NCBI GenBank assembly: GCA_027351145.1
Contig: DAIEIZ010000076.1
Coordinates: 1 to 47,816, forward strand
From: Candidatus Moraniibacteriota bacterium
GTDB taxonomy: Bacteria; Patescibacteriota; Minisyncoccia; Moranbacterales; UBA2206
DNA length: 47,816 bases
Direction of reading: 5' to 3'
The notes beneath the pieces were generated by a model. The model made no database searches. It saw only the letters and a program-made list of their open reading frames with translations, and had not been told where the DNA came from. Shown in pieces: positions 1 to 9,925 of this stretch. Numbering within the stretch: position 1 is the stretch's first letter; each line of letters opens with the position of its first letter. The translations under genes were made by a program, and so were the position numbers.

Positions 1-69
1 TCTCAAAATGACATGCCTATCGATCAATATTACCTCATGAATATACCATAATAATGGCTTTTAGAAAAA

Positions 70-143
70 TGGAGGTCCGGAACAGAGTTGAACTGTTGTA
101 AAAGGTTTTGCAGACCTTTGCCTAACCGCTCGGCCACCGGACC
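70..143 (-). tRNA. tRNA-Cys (anticodon GCA), CCA encoded
   Basis: Reverse complement folds as a cloverleaf: acceptor GGTCCGG/CCGGACC, anticodon stem AAGGT/ACCTT, loop CTGCAAA, T-loop TTCAACT, discriminator T, then CCA. Confidence 0.9.
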
Positions 144-204
144 ACTTGGTCAAAATTGACCATAGATAAATATTACCAAGCCCCTGCCTCAAAGTCAATG
201 AAAC

Positions 205-232
205 AAAAAAAACACCCCGATTTCTCGGAGTG
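205..232 (-). terminator. Rho-independent terminator of the 3D-domain gene
   Basis: Minus strand reads CACUCCGA-GAAA-UCGGGGUG (8 bp, one G.U, GAAA tetraloop) followed by U8. The same helix has a C.A mismatch on the plus strand. Confidence 0.8.
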
Positions 233-242
233 CTCTCTTTGA

Positions 243-815
243 CTATTCGGTAATAATCTCAGCCACTAAGTTTTGCCTACCGAAAGCAAACGCTTCTGTT
301 TTTGTCTTCACATAAATATCGATTTTATTCCCCTTAATCGCACCTCCGCGATCCTGACAGATATAGGTTCCACGACCTTCGATATTGATTTTTGTGCCAA
401 AAGCAAAGCTTTTGGGACAAGCGATTGTTTCATTTTCACGAACTTTCACACCTGAAGCGGTAATTCCATCGCTCTTTCCACACTCATCAGCCGAAGCGGT
501 GTAGGCCGAAGCGTTGATGATAAATTTACCTTCAGGAAGATTGCTATTTTTAGGTACTATTTTAGTTTCAATAATTTCTTTTTTTTCTACTTTCGCAACA
601 TCATCTTTGTCAGCTTCCTCGATAAGAGCCTTGGGAATAATTTCCCCTGCACTACAAGTGGCTGCTTGATTTATGGCAGTCAAGGCATTTTCTGTTAAAT
701 TTAAGTTTATTTTTGTTTGATTAGACTCATTAGCCTTTGCCGTTTCCACTATCATTCCTAGTCCTAGAATAATAGAAAAACTGGCAAGCAAGGCCAATTC
801 AGTTCTAATACGCAT
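243..815 (-). CDS. Secreted 3D-domain (MltA/RlpA-like) cell-wall-binding protein
   Basis: N-terminal signal/anchor MRIRTELALLASFSIILGLGMIV. C-terminal block ASGVKVRENETIACPKSFAFGTKINIEGRGTYICQDRGGAIKGNKIDIYV is typical of 3D domains. Confidence 0.75.
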   Translation of the reverse strand: MRIRTELALLASFSIILGLGMIVETAKANESNQTKINLNLTENALTAINQAATCSAGEIIPKALIEEADKDDVAKVEKKEIIETKIVPKNSNLPEGKFIINASAYTASADECGKSDGITASGVKVRENETIACPKSFAFGTKINIEGRGTYICQDRGGAIKGNKIDIYVKTKTEAFAFGRQNLVAEIITE

Positions 816-983
816 ACATAAACTTTAATTGTTAAGCGTCAATCGAGGTTCTAGTACCCCTTTTCAGATTGACCTAACAGTGTAGCAAATATTGGGTCAA
901 AAGTCAAGCGTTATAGTGATATTTTGGCTTATACAAGCCATCAATCTTCTGAAAAAAGACTAAAATCACCCAAAATAAGCCCT

Positions 984-1016
984 AAAAAAATAAAAAAGCC
1001 CAAAGAGGAGCTCTTT
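984..1016 (-). terminator. Weak candidate terminator after the PBP gene
   Basis: Minus strand AAAGAG-CUC-CUCUUU followed by GGGCUUUUUUAUUUUUUU. The stem is short and AT-rich. Confidence 0.35.
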
Positions 1017-1041
1017 TGATATCTATTTTTTAGAAAATAAC

Positions 1042-3045
1042 TTAATGATGATGTTTCTTCTTTTTCTTCTTATCTGACTTATATTGATCATCTTGTGCAT
1101 TTTGCTGGTTCTGATTCAACTTGTCAATCTGATCTTGATTCAAAGCCATCGTTTCATCATGAACCGTAGATATATAGGGTGTGAAATTCTCATTGGGATA
1201 ACGCGGAAGAATGGCGTCCATAAACGCACGCCAAATGGGAGCCGCCACAAAAACACCATCTGATCCCGCATGCATTGGGCGACTATCATTATTCCCCGCC
1301 CAAACACCTACTGCGATAGACGGAGTAAAGCCTACTGTCCAAGCATCACGAAATTCTTGCGACGTTCCTGTTTTAGCAGCGACAGTTCTCCCTGGAATAT
1401 AAAGCGGGCTATTTGGTCCAAAAATTGCCGACCGAGCGCTATTGTCCGAAAGAATTGAATTAATTTTCCGCGCCACATCCGCATCAATCACTTGTTCTTC
1501 TTGTTTTTTGTCAAAATACGACTTGCCATTATTATCAATTATTTCTAAAATCGAATGTGACTGATTTTTTTTTCCTTCGGTCGCAAAAACAGAAAAAGCG
1601 CTCGTCATATCAGTCAGCTTCACTTCCGCCCCACCAATTGCCATGGAAAGTCCGTAGCGATTTCTATCGTTAAGCGTAGTAATTCCTAAACGATGCGCCA
1701 TATTAATTGCACTATCAATTCCAACGAGCGCTAAGGTTTTAATTGCTGGGATATTAAGAGACATAGCCAGTGTTTTTCGCATCGGAAGAATACCATGAAA
1801 TTTTCCATCATAGTTTTGAGGAACATAGCTAATCCCACCACCATCCGGACCAAAGTTCGTCGGCTCATCCGCAATCAGCGTTTCTGGCTGATAGCCTTTT
1901 TCAAACGCCGTCGCATAAACAATTGGCTTAAAAGATGATCCGGGCTGCCGCAAGCGCACAGCCACGTTCACCTGTCCATCAATCGCTGTGTTGAAAAAAT
2001 CCCGACTGCCAACCATCGTGAGAACATCTCCACTTTTGGGATCCATCGCAACAAGAGCGGCATTATTTGCACCATAAGCAACATTGCGCACTCCTCCATC
2101 AGCAACAACTTTTTCTCCGATTTTCTGCATACCATAATCCAATGTTGTAACAATCTTCAGCCCTCCTTTCTCCAAAAAGTCACGACCATATTTTTCTTCT
2201 AATTGCGCTATCACATTAAAGACAAAATGTGGCGCCAAAATTGGTTCTCGAAAAGGCTGCACACTAGCTAATATATTAGTTTTTCTGGCTTTTTCAATTT
2301 CATCCTGCGGCTCCAATTTTGATCCCTCTATCTGATCCAAGATATCACGATAGCGTAAAGTTAACTTATCAACATTATCTCCATATGGCGAATAACGTGT
2401 CGGGGCCTTTGGAAGTGCCGCCAGAAAAACCGCTTCAGAAAGCGTGAGATCCTTCGCCTCTTTCCCGAAGAACACTTCCGCCGCCGCGGAAATTCCATAG
2501 GCATTGGAGCCATAAGGCACTTGATTGAGATAGCGATCTAAAATTTCGTCCTTCGTAAAATTTTTTTCGATCTTGAAAGCAATGAGTGTTTCCATCATTT
2601 TTCGTTGCAGAGTTTTTTCCCGAGAAAGAAAAACATTACGCGCAAGCTGCTGAGTTATCGTTGATCCACCCTGGGAAATTTCACCATTTTCAATATTCGT
2701 CATTAACGCACGGAGGATTGATAAAAAATCCACGCCAAAGTGACTGTAAAAATTTTTATCCTCCGTTGCCACCGTAGCAACACGCACAACGTCAGGGATT
2801 TCATCGTGCGAAAGAATTTTGCGATTTTCTTCACCATGAATCTTATACAATACAATTTTTCCACTACGATCATAAATAATTGACGTCTGCGGCGGACGAT
2901 AGCTAGAAATTTCCGCCACACTTGGAGTATGATTTTTATAGATAAATAAAAGGGCAACGATTACTCCCAAAAAAACCATAAAAAAAGCGCCCAGAACACC
3001 CAGGCTAATTTCTTTAAAATAATACCCAAATGTTCGCTTTTCCAT
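1042..3045 (-). CDS. Class A penicillin-binding protein (PBP1A family, glycosyltransferase + transpeptidase)
   Basis: N-terminal TM segment. GT51 motifs EDKNFYSHFGVD and GGSTITQQLARN. Transpeptidase motifs SSFKP (SxxK) and KTGTS. C-terminus ends KKKKKKHHH. Confidence 0.92.
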   Translation of the reverse strand: MEKRTFGYYFKEISLGVLGAFFMVFLGVIVALLFIYKNHTPSVAEISSYRPPQTSIIYDRSGKIVLYKIHGEENRKILSHDEIPDVVRVATVATEDKNFYSHFGVDFLSILRALMTNIENGEISQGGSTITQQLARNVFLSREKTLQRKMMETLIAFKIEKNFTKDEILDRYLNQVPYGSNAYGISAAAEVFFGKEAKDLTLSEAVFLAALPKAPTRYSPYGDNVDKLTLRYRDILDQIEGSKLEPQDEIEKARKTNILASVQPFREPILAPHFVFNVIAQLEEKYGRDFLEKGGLKIVTTLDYGMQKIGEKVVADGGVRNVAYGANNAALVAMDPKSGDVLTMVGSRDFFNTAIDGQVNVAVRLRQPGSSFKPIVYATAFEKGYQPETLIADEPTNFGPDGGGISYVPQNYDGKFHGILPMRKTLAMSLNIPAIKTLALVGIDSAINMAHRLGITTLNDRNRYGLSMAIGGAEVKLTDMTSAFSVFATEGKKNQSHSILEIIDNNGKSYFDKKQEEQVIDADVARKINSILSDNSARSAIFGPNSPLYIPGRTVAAKTGTSQEFRDAWTVGFTPSIAVGVWAGNNDSRPMHAGSDGVFVAAPIWRAFMDAILPRYPNENFTPYISTVHDETMALNQDQIDKLNQNQQNAQDDQYKSDKKKKKKHHH

Positions 3046-3215
3046 ATCTCAAAATTTTTAATTTCTTAATTGTGGAAATAATTATCCCCACTGCATTTTC
3101 ACCATAGCATAGATGATAGAAAGGTCAAAATTTAGGCTTATTTCAGTACAAAAACTAGATTATGTCAATTACTAAAACGCTGTGGATTCTTAGCTAAAAA
3201 ATTTATACAAAAAAT

Positions 3216-3242
3216 AAAAATCTCCTTTTTAGGGAGATTTTT
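3216..3242 (-). terminator. Terminator downstream of the minus-strand tRNA cluster (bidirectional shape)
   Basis: AAAAATCTCC / GGAGATTTTT 10-bp stem with a 7-nt loop, flanked by A/T runs, immediately 3' of tRNA-Gly. Confidence 0.7.
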
Positions 3243-3252
3243 ATTTTATCTG

Positions 3253-3324
3253 AGCGGGTAGGGGGAATCGAACCCCCCTCCTCAGCTTGGAAGGCTGATA
3301 TAATAGCCACTATACGACACCCGC
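3253..3324 (-). tRNA. tRNA-Gly (anticodon TCC)
   Basis: Acceptor GCGGGTG/TACCCGC, anticodon loop CTTCCAA, T-loop TTCGATT. No CCA encoded. Confidence 0.9.
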
Positions 3325-3412
3325 TTGCGCTACGCATCAGTGAATTTGCCCACTGAACACGCCACGATAAAATTCATTACCGAACTTTCTTTATTTCATA
3401 TTTCACTTTTTG

Positions 3413-3484
3413 TGCCGAAGGGCAGAGTTGAACTGCCGACGCAAGGATTTTCAGTCCTTCGCTCTACCGCTGAGCTACTTCGGC
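3413..3484 (-). tRNA. tRNA-Phe (anticodon GAA)
   Basis: Acceptor GCCGAAG/CTTCGGC, D-arm GCTCAGCGGTAGAGC, anticodon loop CTGAAAA, T-loop TTCAACT. No CCA encoded. Confidence 0.9.
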
Positions 3485-3552
3485 TTTGGGCCTAAATACA
3501 ATTTCAAGTATTGGCGTAACATGTTTTATACCGCATAATGTTACATAATTTT

Positions 3553-3626
3553 GTGGACCCTATAGGACTCGAACCTATAACCCCCTCGGTGTAAACGAGG
3601 TGCTCTAGCCATTGAGCTAAGGATCC
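3553..3626 (-). tRNA. tRNA-Val (anticodon TAC)
   Basis: Acceptor GGATCCT/AGGGTCC, anticodon stem CCTCG/CGAGG, loop TTTACAC, T-loop TTCGAGT. Confidence 0.9.
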
Positions 3627-3660
3627 AACCATCTTCCCATATACATTTTCTCTAATTTCG

Positions 3661-3746
3661 TGGTGCCTTCGGCGGGACTCGAACCCGCACGGCCTTGCGA
3701 CCCATGCACCTCAAGCATGTGTGTATACCAATTCCACCACGAAGGC
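3661..3746 (-). tRNA. tRNA-Leu (anticodon GAG), long variable arm, CCA encoded
   Basis: Acceptor GCCTTCG/CGAAGGC, anticodon stem CATGC/GCATG, loop TTGAGGT, long extra arm, T-loop TTCGAGT, ends ACCA. Confidence 0.9.
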
Positions 3747-3753
3747 TCGAAAA

Positions 3754-4218
3754 CTACTCCGCTTTTTCTTCTTCGACCTTTTCCATAACTTTTTCTTCTA
3801 CTTTTTCAGAAGATGCTTCCTTTTTGACAATCTCAGATTTTGGCTTATCTTTCTTATTTACATCCTTGATATCCTTATATTTCATACGGCTTTGTTTGGT
3901 TGTCAGCGTTCTAACATAATAGAGTTTCGCGCGACGCACCTTAGCCCGTTTTACCAGCTCAATTTTTTCCACATTTTTGGAACCGACAGGGATGATCATT
4001 TCGACTCCTACATCATGTGTTACTTTGCGCACTGTAATTGTCGGGAAAGAGCTTTGTCCGCCTTTCACGGCAATAATAAGACCCTCAAAAATTTGAGTTC
4101 TTTCTTTAGCACCTTCTTTAATTCGCAAAAACACCTTCACCACGTCGCCACTGTGAAATTCCAGCGTATCTTTCAAAGCCCTTTGCGTCTTATTAAACTC
4201 GATAATCTTCTTTTCCAT
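3754..4218 (-). CDS. rplS: 50S ribosomal protein L19 with K/E-rich C-terminal extension
   Basis: Core GDVVKVFLRIKEGAKERTQIFEGLIIAVKGG...ITVRKVTHDVGVEMIIPVGSKNVEKIELV is canonical L19, followed by a tail of about 40 aa rich in K/E. Confidence 0.93.
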   Translation of the reverse strand: MEKKIIEFNKTQRALKDTLEFHSGDVVKVFLRIKEGAKERTQIFEGLIIAVKGGQSSFPTITVRKVTHDVGVEMIIPVGSKNVEKIELVKRAKVRRAKLYYVRTLTTKQSRMKYKDIKDVNKKDKPKSEIVKKEASSEKVEEKVMEKVEEEKAE

Positions 4219-4324
4219 ACGGTTATTATAGCAAATTATTACTTTAAATTAAAATAGGCCGAGAATAGCCTTTCATTTACTAGAAAACATCCCGCCTGTT
4301 GGTATAATTTTTCGCTTTTTTATA

Positions 4325-5284
4325 CTATCCCTTTTCCCCAGTTTCGTCAAGGAAATGAGTAAAATTCAAGAAATCCTGCGGAAGCGGAGAACTAAACTCA
4401 TACCCATTGCCAAAAAGCATAAATTTGATTGACCGCGCGTGAAGCAGCTGCCTTCTAGCGGAATCAAGTCGCTCGATTCCTCGCAGAAAATATTTTTTAT
4501 CCCCCACAATTGGATGACCGATTGAAGTCAAATGCACACGGATCTGATGCATCCGTCCGGTTTTAGGCGAAAGCTCCATTAGGGCAAAATTATTCCCCAG
4601 TATTTTCAATGTTCGATAGCCCGTCACCGCATCACGAATTTTTGTTCGAGTTTTATGTCCTGCCACTACCTGCCGTCTATAATCCCCTGAGCGAGCTAAG
4701 GCTTTTTCAATCACACCTTCTGCTGATTCGGGCACACCATAAACAATCGCTTGATATTTTTTATCCACTTCCTTGCCTTGAAATTGTCTTTTCAATTCTA
4801 AGAAAGTTTCCATATTTCTCGCGACCACAATCACGCCACTCGTATCCTTGTCTAGTCGATGCACAATCCCCGGCCGCAACTTCCCTTCTTTTGTATTTTC
4901 ACAAACAGTTTCAATTTCTGGAAATTGAGCGATGAGATAATTCACAAGAGTATCCTCTTTTCGCGTGTCATCAGGGTGTACCTGCATCCCTGCCGGTTTG
5001 TCAATTACGATAATATTTTCATCAGCAAAAATAATTGGCAATTCTTTTTTAACTTTAGGCAAAATTATTTTTTCTTCAGTGAATATGAAATCAAAAGTAA
5101 TCGCATCATTAATTTTCAAAATATATCCCGGCTTCACATTCTCCTCGTTCATCAAAATTGTCCCAGCCTTAATCTGCCGAGAAATTTCACTACGGGTGAT
5201 TTTCCCATCAAAAAAATTCCTGCTACTGAGGAATTTATCCAATCGTTCTCCCGAACTGTCTTTTGTGATGATTATTTTTTGCAT
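4325..5284 (-). CDS. RluA-family (RluD-like) 23S rRNA pseudouridine synthase
   Basis: N-terminal S4-like segment (ERLDKFLS). Catalytic motif HRLDKDTSGVIVVA and downstream HQIRVHL motif. Confidence 0.88.
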   Translation of the reverse strand: MQKIIITKDSSGERLDKFLSSRNFFDGKITRSEISRQIKAGTILMNEENVKPGYILKINDAITFDFIFTEEKIILPKVKKELPIIFADENIIVIDKPAGMQVHPDDTRKEDTLVNYLIAQFPEIETVCENTKEGKLRPGIVHRLDKDTSGVIVVARNMETFLELKRQFQGKEVDKKYQAIVYGVPESAEGVIEKALARSGDYRRQVVAGHKTRTKIRDAVTGYRTLKILGNNFALMELSPKTGRMHQIRVHLTSIGHPIVGDKKYFLRGIERLDSARRQLLHARSIKFMLFGNGYEFSSPLPQDFLNFTHFLDETGEKG

Positions 5285-5291
5285 AACACTG

Positions 5292-5375
5292 TGCCCAGAA
5301 GAGGACTCGAACCTCCAATCTCTTGCGAGAACCAGTTCCTAAGACTGGCGCGTATACCAATTCCGCCATCTGGGC
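5292..5375 (-). tRNA. tRNA-Leu (anticodon TAG)
   Basis: Acceptor GCCCAGA/TCTGGGC, anticodon stem CCAGT/ACTGG, loop CTTAGGA, long variable arm, T-loop TTCGAGT. Confidence 0.9.
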
Positions 5376-5414
5376 TTATTTAATTTTTGCTTCATATTTC
5401 ATGTTGCATGATAG

Positions 5415-5498
5415 TGGGCGCGAAGAGACTCGAACTCTCAAGGACTTGCGTCCACATGCTCCTGAAGCATGCGCGTATACCAATTCCGCCACGTGCCC
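5415..5498 (-). tRNA. tRNA-Leu (anticodon CAG)
   Basis: Acceptor GGGCACG/CGCGCCC, anticodon stem CATGC/GCATG, loop TTCAGGA, long variable arm, T-loop TTCGAGT. Confidence 0.9.
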
Positions 5499-5547
5499 GA
5501 TATACACCAATTCATCATACGACGTAAAAGTGTTTTTAGCAACCCAC

Positions 5548-5883
5548 CTACTCCAAAAGCGCCTTAAGCCGTCGCACTTCCTCCTTTAATGCTCCATTAT
5601 TGTCGTATTCGCCATGATGCCTCGTGTTCTCGCCATAAGTTTCTTTCTTCACATCCAGATGAATATTGATGAGCATATCCCTGCCCATCACCCTGACATA
5701 CATATGGAAGCGCGGATAACCAGCCGCAGCCATTGGTCGAACAAAGCTCATCTCATCGCCCTCATGTCGTTGAAAAGTATAGCCAAGCCGGCGTAAATTA
5801 TTCACTGGGTTACCTTCGATATTTCTGACTTCAATTTGCATAAATTTCATTTTGCAGAAACAGACTTGCAACCTGATCTGCAT
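5548..5883 (-). CDS. Small hypothetical protein (about 97-111 aa)
   Basis: Open frame with plausible composition (..GYPRFHMYVRVMGRDMLINIHLDVKKETYGENTRHHGEYD..). No family recognised. The true start may be an internal Met at 5850 or 5841. Confidence 0.5.
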   Translation of the reverse strand: MQIRLQVCFCKMKFMQIEVRNIEGNPVNNLRRLGYTFQRHEGDEMSFVRPMAAAGYPRFHMYVRVMGRDMLINIHLDVKKETYGENTRHHGEYDNNGALKEEVRRLKALLE

Positions 5884-5939
5884 AGTTTACTAATTAGGCA
5901 AGTTATATTGCAAACTTCGATATTCAAGTTACCAGCCTG

Positions 5940-6809
5940 CTAGCAGACAGGGAAACTCAAATCTGCATTTTTTAATTTCGCCGCCAAAATCGTATTCCGC
6001 ATCAGCATCATAATCGTCATCGGACCGACTCCGCCGGGAACCGGCGTAATGCAACATGCCTTATCACAAACGCGAATATAGTCAACATCACCGCATAGTT
6101 TTCCATTTTCATCCCGATTCATTCCCACATCAATAACTACCGCATCTTGTTTTACCATTTCTGCGCAAATTAGTCCAACACGTCCAGTTGCCGAAACCAA
6201 AATATCCGCTTGCGCACAAATTTCTTTCAAGTTTTTTGTCTTGGAATTGCAAACCGTTACTGTCGCGCCAAGATTAATCATCATCACTGCGAGCGGTTTT
6301 CCCACAATATTACTCCTTCCCACAATCACCACATTTTTTCCTTCAACTAAAATCTCGCTTCTTTTCAATAACTCCAAAATCCCCGCCGGCGTGCAAGATA
6401 AAAAGCGCGCATCCCCAATCATTATCCGCCCCACATTTTCCGGATGAAAGCAATCGACATCTTTTTTGGGATTAATCAAGTTTATTATCTTTTTCGCATC
6501 GATGTGCTCTGGCAATGGCAGTTGCACCAAAATCCCATGATTTTTTTCATTAGCATTATGCCTTGAAATAACTCCTTCCAATTCTTCTTGCGACGTCGAA
6601 GCAGGCAATCTCACCACTTCCGAATTGATTCCAATCTCTTTCGCCACGCGTTCTTTGTTTTTGACATAAACTTGTGAAGCACTGTCTTCTCCAACCAAAA
6701 TCACCGAAAGTCTTGGCACAATTCCCTTTTCGCCCAAAGCTAAAATTTCTTTTTTTAATTCTTCTTTGACATCCTCAGCAATTTTTTTCCCATCGATTAT
6801 TTTTATCAT
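5940..6809 (-). CDS. folD: Bifunctional methylenetetrahydrofolate dehydrogenase/cyclohydrolase FolD
   Basis: MIKIIDGKKIA..., VILVGEDSASQVYVKNK, GILVQLPLP, VVIVGRSNIVGKPLA, PVPGGVGPMT. I prefer ATG 6809 over the TTG at 6851 because a TGCTATAAT box lies 6 nt upstream of it. Confidence 0.93.
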   Translation of the reverse strand: MIKIIDGKKIAEDVKEELKKEILALGEKGIVPRLSVILVGEDSASQVYVKNKERVAKEIGINSEVVRLPASTSQEELEGVISRHNANEKNHGILVQLPLPEHIDAKKIINLINPKKDVDCFHPENVGRIMIGDARFLSCTPAGILELLKRSEILVEGKNVVIVGRSNIVGKPLAVMMINLGATVTVCNSKTKNLKEICAQADILVSATGRVGLICAEMVKQDAVVIDVGMNRDENGKLCGDVDYIRVCDKACCITPVPGGVGPMTIMMLMRNTILAAKLKNADLSFPVC

Positions 6810-6815
6810 AAATGC

Positions 6816-6824
6816 ATTATAGCA
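6816..6824 (-). promoter_or_regulatory. Extended -10 box (TGCTATAAT) 6 nt upstream of the folD ATG; leaderless arrangement
   Basis: Minus strand reads TGCTATAAT-GCATTT-ATG. Confidence 0.5.
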
Positions 6825-6844
6825 CATCAAGAAATTTTCCTTAT

Positions 6845-6874
6845 TTGCCAAGAAAACTCAATAAGTGATATACT
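6845..6874 (+). promoter_or_regulatory. Sigma-70-type promoter for rarA
   Basis: TTGCCA-N18-TATACT, ending 27 nt upstream of the rarA ATG. Confidence 0.5.
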
Positions 6875-6901
6875 AACTCCATAAACAGCTCATTCCTTAC
6901 T

Positions 6902-8080
6902 ATGCCTACCCCACTCCCTGATTTCATCCGCCCCAAAAATCTTGTTGATTTTTTTGGACAAGAAAAACTGGTTGGAAAAAATTCCTACCTTTTCGGCGCG
7001 ATTAAAAATGACAGTGTTCCATCAATGATCCTTTGGGGTCCGCCCGGTTCAGGAAAAACCACGCTGGCGCACATCATCGCCAAGGCAACTAAATCGGAAT
7101 TTTTGTGCATTAGCGCAGTTTCTTCAGGCAAAAAAATACTTTTGGAAATCATAGCGAAAGCGCAAGAAAACAAACTGCAAAACAAAAAAACGATTCTTTT
7201 CATCGACGAAATTCATCGCTGGAACAAAGCTCAACAAGATGCACTGCTTCCTTTTGTTGAAAATGGAACAATCACCCTCATCGGCGCAACCACGGAAAAT
7301 CCCAGTTTTGAAGTTAACTCAGCTTTGATTTCCCGCACTCGAGTTTTTGTTTTGAAAAAACTGACTCCAAATGATTTGGAAAAAATTATTAGACGAGCAC
7401 TGGAAAAAATTAGTACTGCTAAAAAAGTCAAAATAGATTCTGACGCAATCAAGTTTCTCGCCAATCTATCGAACGGCGACGCACGCATGGCACTCAATAC
7501 TCTTGAAGCTTGCATGAACCAAACAAAAAACATCACACTAGAACTCATTCGCGAAGTTTTGCAAAAATCGCATTTACTTTATGACAAATCCGGCGAAGAA
7601 CATTACAATATCATATCTGCTCTTCACAAATCCATGCGCGGCGGAAATCCAGATGCGTCCGTATATTGGCTCGCACGAATGATTGAAGGCGGGGAAGATC
7701 CGCTCTACATCGCGCGCCGCCTTGTCCGTTTTGCCAGCGAAGACATTGGCCTTGCCAACAACACTGCCTTACTTTTGACGAATGCTGTTTTCGACGCTTG
7801 CCACAAATTGGGTTACCCGGAATGCAATGTCCACCTCGCGCAGTGCGTGATCTATCTTGCAAAATCCAAAAAGGATATTACCGCCTATGCAGCCTATAGC
7901 AAAGCCAAAAAAGATGTGGAAAAATTCGGCAATCTTCCTGTCCCGCTTCATCTGCGCAATGCCCCGACAAAACTGATGGGAGATTTAAATTATGGCAAGG
8001 GATATAAATACACTCCGCTGAAAGACAGCAGTGAACAAAACTATTTACCGGAAGAATTGGAAAATTCTAAATATCTCTAA
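6902..8080 (+). CDS. rarA: Replication-associated recombination protein A (AAA+ ATPase RarA/MgsA)
   Basis: Walker [10 protein letters not shown], Walker [13 protein letters not shown], and the C-terminal MgsA block [38 protein letters not shown]. Confidence 0.93.
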   Translation: MPTPLPDFIRPKNLVDFFGQEKLVGKNSYLFGAIKNDSVPSMILWGPPGSGKTTLAHIIAKATKSEFLCISAVSSGKKILLEIIAKAQENKLQNKKTILFIDEIHRWNKAQQDALLPFVENGTITLIGATTENPSFEVNSALISRTRVFVLKKLTPNDLEKIIRRALEKISTAKKVKIDSDAIKFLANLSNGDARMALNTLEACMNQTKNITLELIREVLQKSHLLYDKSGEEHYNIISALHKSMRGGNPDASVYWLARMIEGGEDPLYIARRLVRFASEDIGLANNTALLLTNAVFDACHKLGYPECNVHLAQCVIYLAKSKKDITAYAAYSKAKKDVEKFGNLPVPLHLRNAPTKLMGDLNYGKGYKYTPLKDSSEQNYLPEELENSKYL

Positions 8081-9747
8081 AACAGCCCGTCAATCTCCCC
8101 GCTCTCAATCACATCAATCTTTTCCGCCGCAGGCACTTTCGGCAATCCCGGCATAGTCATAATTTCTCCGGCAATCGCCACGATAAATCCGGCACCGTTG
8201 GAAATTCTTAATTCTCGAATATTTAAAATAAAACCCTTTGGTCGTCCTAAAAGTTTTGGATCATCAGAAAAAGAATATTGAGTTTTGGCAATGCAAATTG
8301 GCAACTTGTCCAGCTTATCTTTTTCTAACTTTTCCATTTGTTTTTGCGCTTTAACACTGAACTCCACGCTTTTCGCACCATAAATTTTTTGTGCAATGGT
8401 TTCGATTTTCACTTTAATATGCGATTGCTCGGAATAGAGCACTTTGAAATTTGATTTTTTCCTAGACAAAGTTTCTAAAACTTTCTTTGCCAAATCTTCA
8501 CCACCCGCTCCGCCTTTTTCCCAGACATGCGACAAGGCATAAGCAATGCCCAGTTTTTTCACCATTTGCTCTAAAAATTTTAATTCTTTTTGCGTGTCAC
8601 TCGGAAAAACATTCACAGTGACCACTGCTGACATGCCAAATTTCTTGAGATTCTCAACGTGTTTTTCCAAATTGGCAAAACCTTTTTTAAGATGAATCAG
8701 ACTCGGCATCACTAGCGCTTCCTTTTCCATTCCGCCGGAATATTTAAGCGCCCGTACTGTAGCCACAATCACCACCGCATCCGGCTTTAGTCCGGCGATG
8801 CGGCATTTGATATTAAAAAATTTCTCCGCACCAAGGTCCGCGCCAAAACCGGCTTCGGTGATGAGATAATCTCCCAATTTCAGTCCATAGCGCGTAGCCA
8901 AAATGCTGTTGCAACCATGCGCAATATTAGCAAACGGTCCGCCATGAATGATAGCCGGCGTATGTTCCAGTGTTTGCACCAGATTTGGTTTCAGTGCATC
9001 TTTCAAGATTGCCGTGAGCGCGCCGACCACTTTCAACTCTCGCGCATAAACCGGCTCACCAGAAAAAGTATAGGCAACCAAAATATTTCCCAAACGTTTT
9101 TTAATATCCGCTAAATTTTCACTGAGGCATAGGATTGCCATAATTTCCGAAGCAACGGTAATATTAAAACTTTCTTCCCGTGGCACGCCTTGCGATTTTC
9201 CACCCAAGCCCACAACTGTGTTTCGCAAAGTTCGATCATTCAAATCCATCGCCCGCTTCCAAAGAATTTGTCGCGCGTCAATTTGCAACTCATTGCCTTG
9301 AAAAATATGATTATCAATAATTGCCGAGAGTAAATTATTGGCCGTCGTGATCGCATGCAAATCGCCCGTGAAATGCAAATTAATTTCTTCCATCGGCATC
9401 ACCTGCGAATATCCCCCGCCGGCTGCGCCACCCTTTACCCCCATACACGGCCCGAGTGATGGTTCGCGTAGAGCCAGCATTGTTTTTTCTCCTAATCGAT
9501 TCATCGCCATCGCAAGACCAATCGATGTCGTCGTCTTGCCCTCTCCCGCCGGTGTTGGACTGATTGCTGTCACCAAAATCAACTTTCCATCTTTTTGATT
9601 TTTAATCCGTTCCCACAACTGTGGTTTTAGCTTGGCCTTATGCTCACCGTATAATTCCAGTTCATTTTTAGCAATTCCGATTTTCTCCGCTACACTTTCA
9701 ATTGGTTCAATTTTTGATTCTTTGGCAATTTGAATGTCTGATTTCAT
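8077..9747 (-). CDS. fhs: Formate-tetrahydrofolate ligase
   Basis: Full-length match to the FTHFS pattern: [46 protein letters not shown]. Its stop overlaps the rarA stop. Confidence 0.94.
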   Translation of the reverse strand: MKSDIQIAKESKIEPIESVAEKIGIAKNELELYGEHKAKLKPQLWERIKNQKDGKLILVTAISPTPAGEGKTTTSIGLAMAMNRLGEKTMLALREPSLGPCMGVKGGAAGGGYSQVMPMEEINLHFTGDLHAITTANNLLSAIIDNHIFQGNELQIDARQILWKRAMDLNDRTLRNTVVGLGGKSQGVPREESFNITVASEIMAILCLSENLADIKKRLGNILVAYTFSGEPVYARELKVVGALTAILKDALKPNLVQTLEHTPAIIHGGPFANIAHGCNSILATRYGLKLGDYLITEAGFGADLGAEKFFNIKCRIAGLKPDAVVIVATVRALKYSGGMEKEALVMPSLIHLKKGFANLEKHVENLKKFGMSAVVTVNVFPSDTQKELKFLEQMVKKLGIAYALSHVWEKGGAGGEDLAKKVLETLSRKKSNFKVLYSEQSHIKVKIETIAQKIYGAKSVEFSVKAQKQMEKLEKDKLDKLPICIAKTQYSFSDDPKLLGRPKGFILNIRELRISNGAGFIVAIAGEIMTMPGLPKVPAAEKIDVIESGEIDGLF

Positions 9748-9925
9748 AGATTTATTTCTTATTAATTATTTGATTGTTTTTTACTAATTAAAAAATTGAT
9801 TAGACTTTTTAATTTTTAATGTTTTAAATTTAGTCATTCAAAAATTATTCATAAAATTAAAAAAATGGAAATTAAAAATTCTTATCTTTCTATTTACAGC
9901 CTCACAATAATTGACGATTTGCAGA

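Noticed and set aside
3721-5383. Long plus-strand ORFs (3721-4257, 4859-5383, 4965-5342) opposite rplS and the pseudouridine synthase gene. Similar antisense ORFs occur elsewhere, for example 9865-10356, 13090-13533, 17037-17408, 22860-23357, 31269-31703 and 36614-36973.
   Set aside because: They lie antisense to genes with strong family signatures and have low-complexity or odd composition. Some run through tRNA genes. They are most likely shadow ORFs.
9748-9925. A very AT-rich 178-bp spacer upstream of fhs, considered as a possible oriC DNA-unwinding element or a ZTP/THF riboswitch, since fhs and folD are typical ZTP targets.
   Set aside because: It has no DnaA boxes and none of the GC-containing conserved ZTP (pfl) or THF motif blocks. 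It is most simply an AT-rich promoter/terminator spacer.
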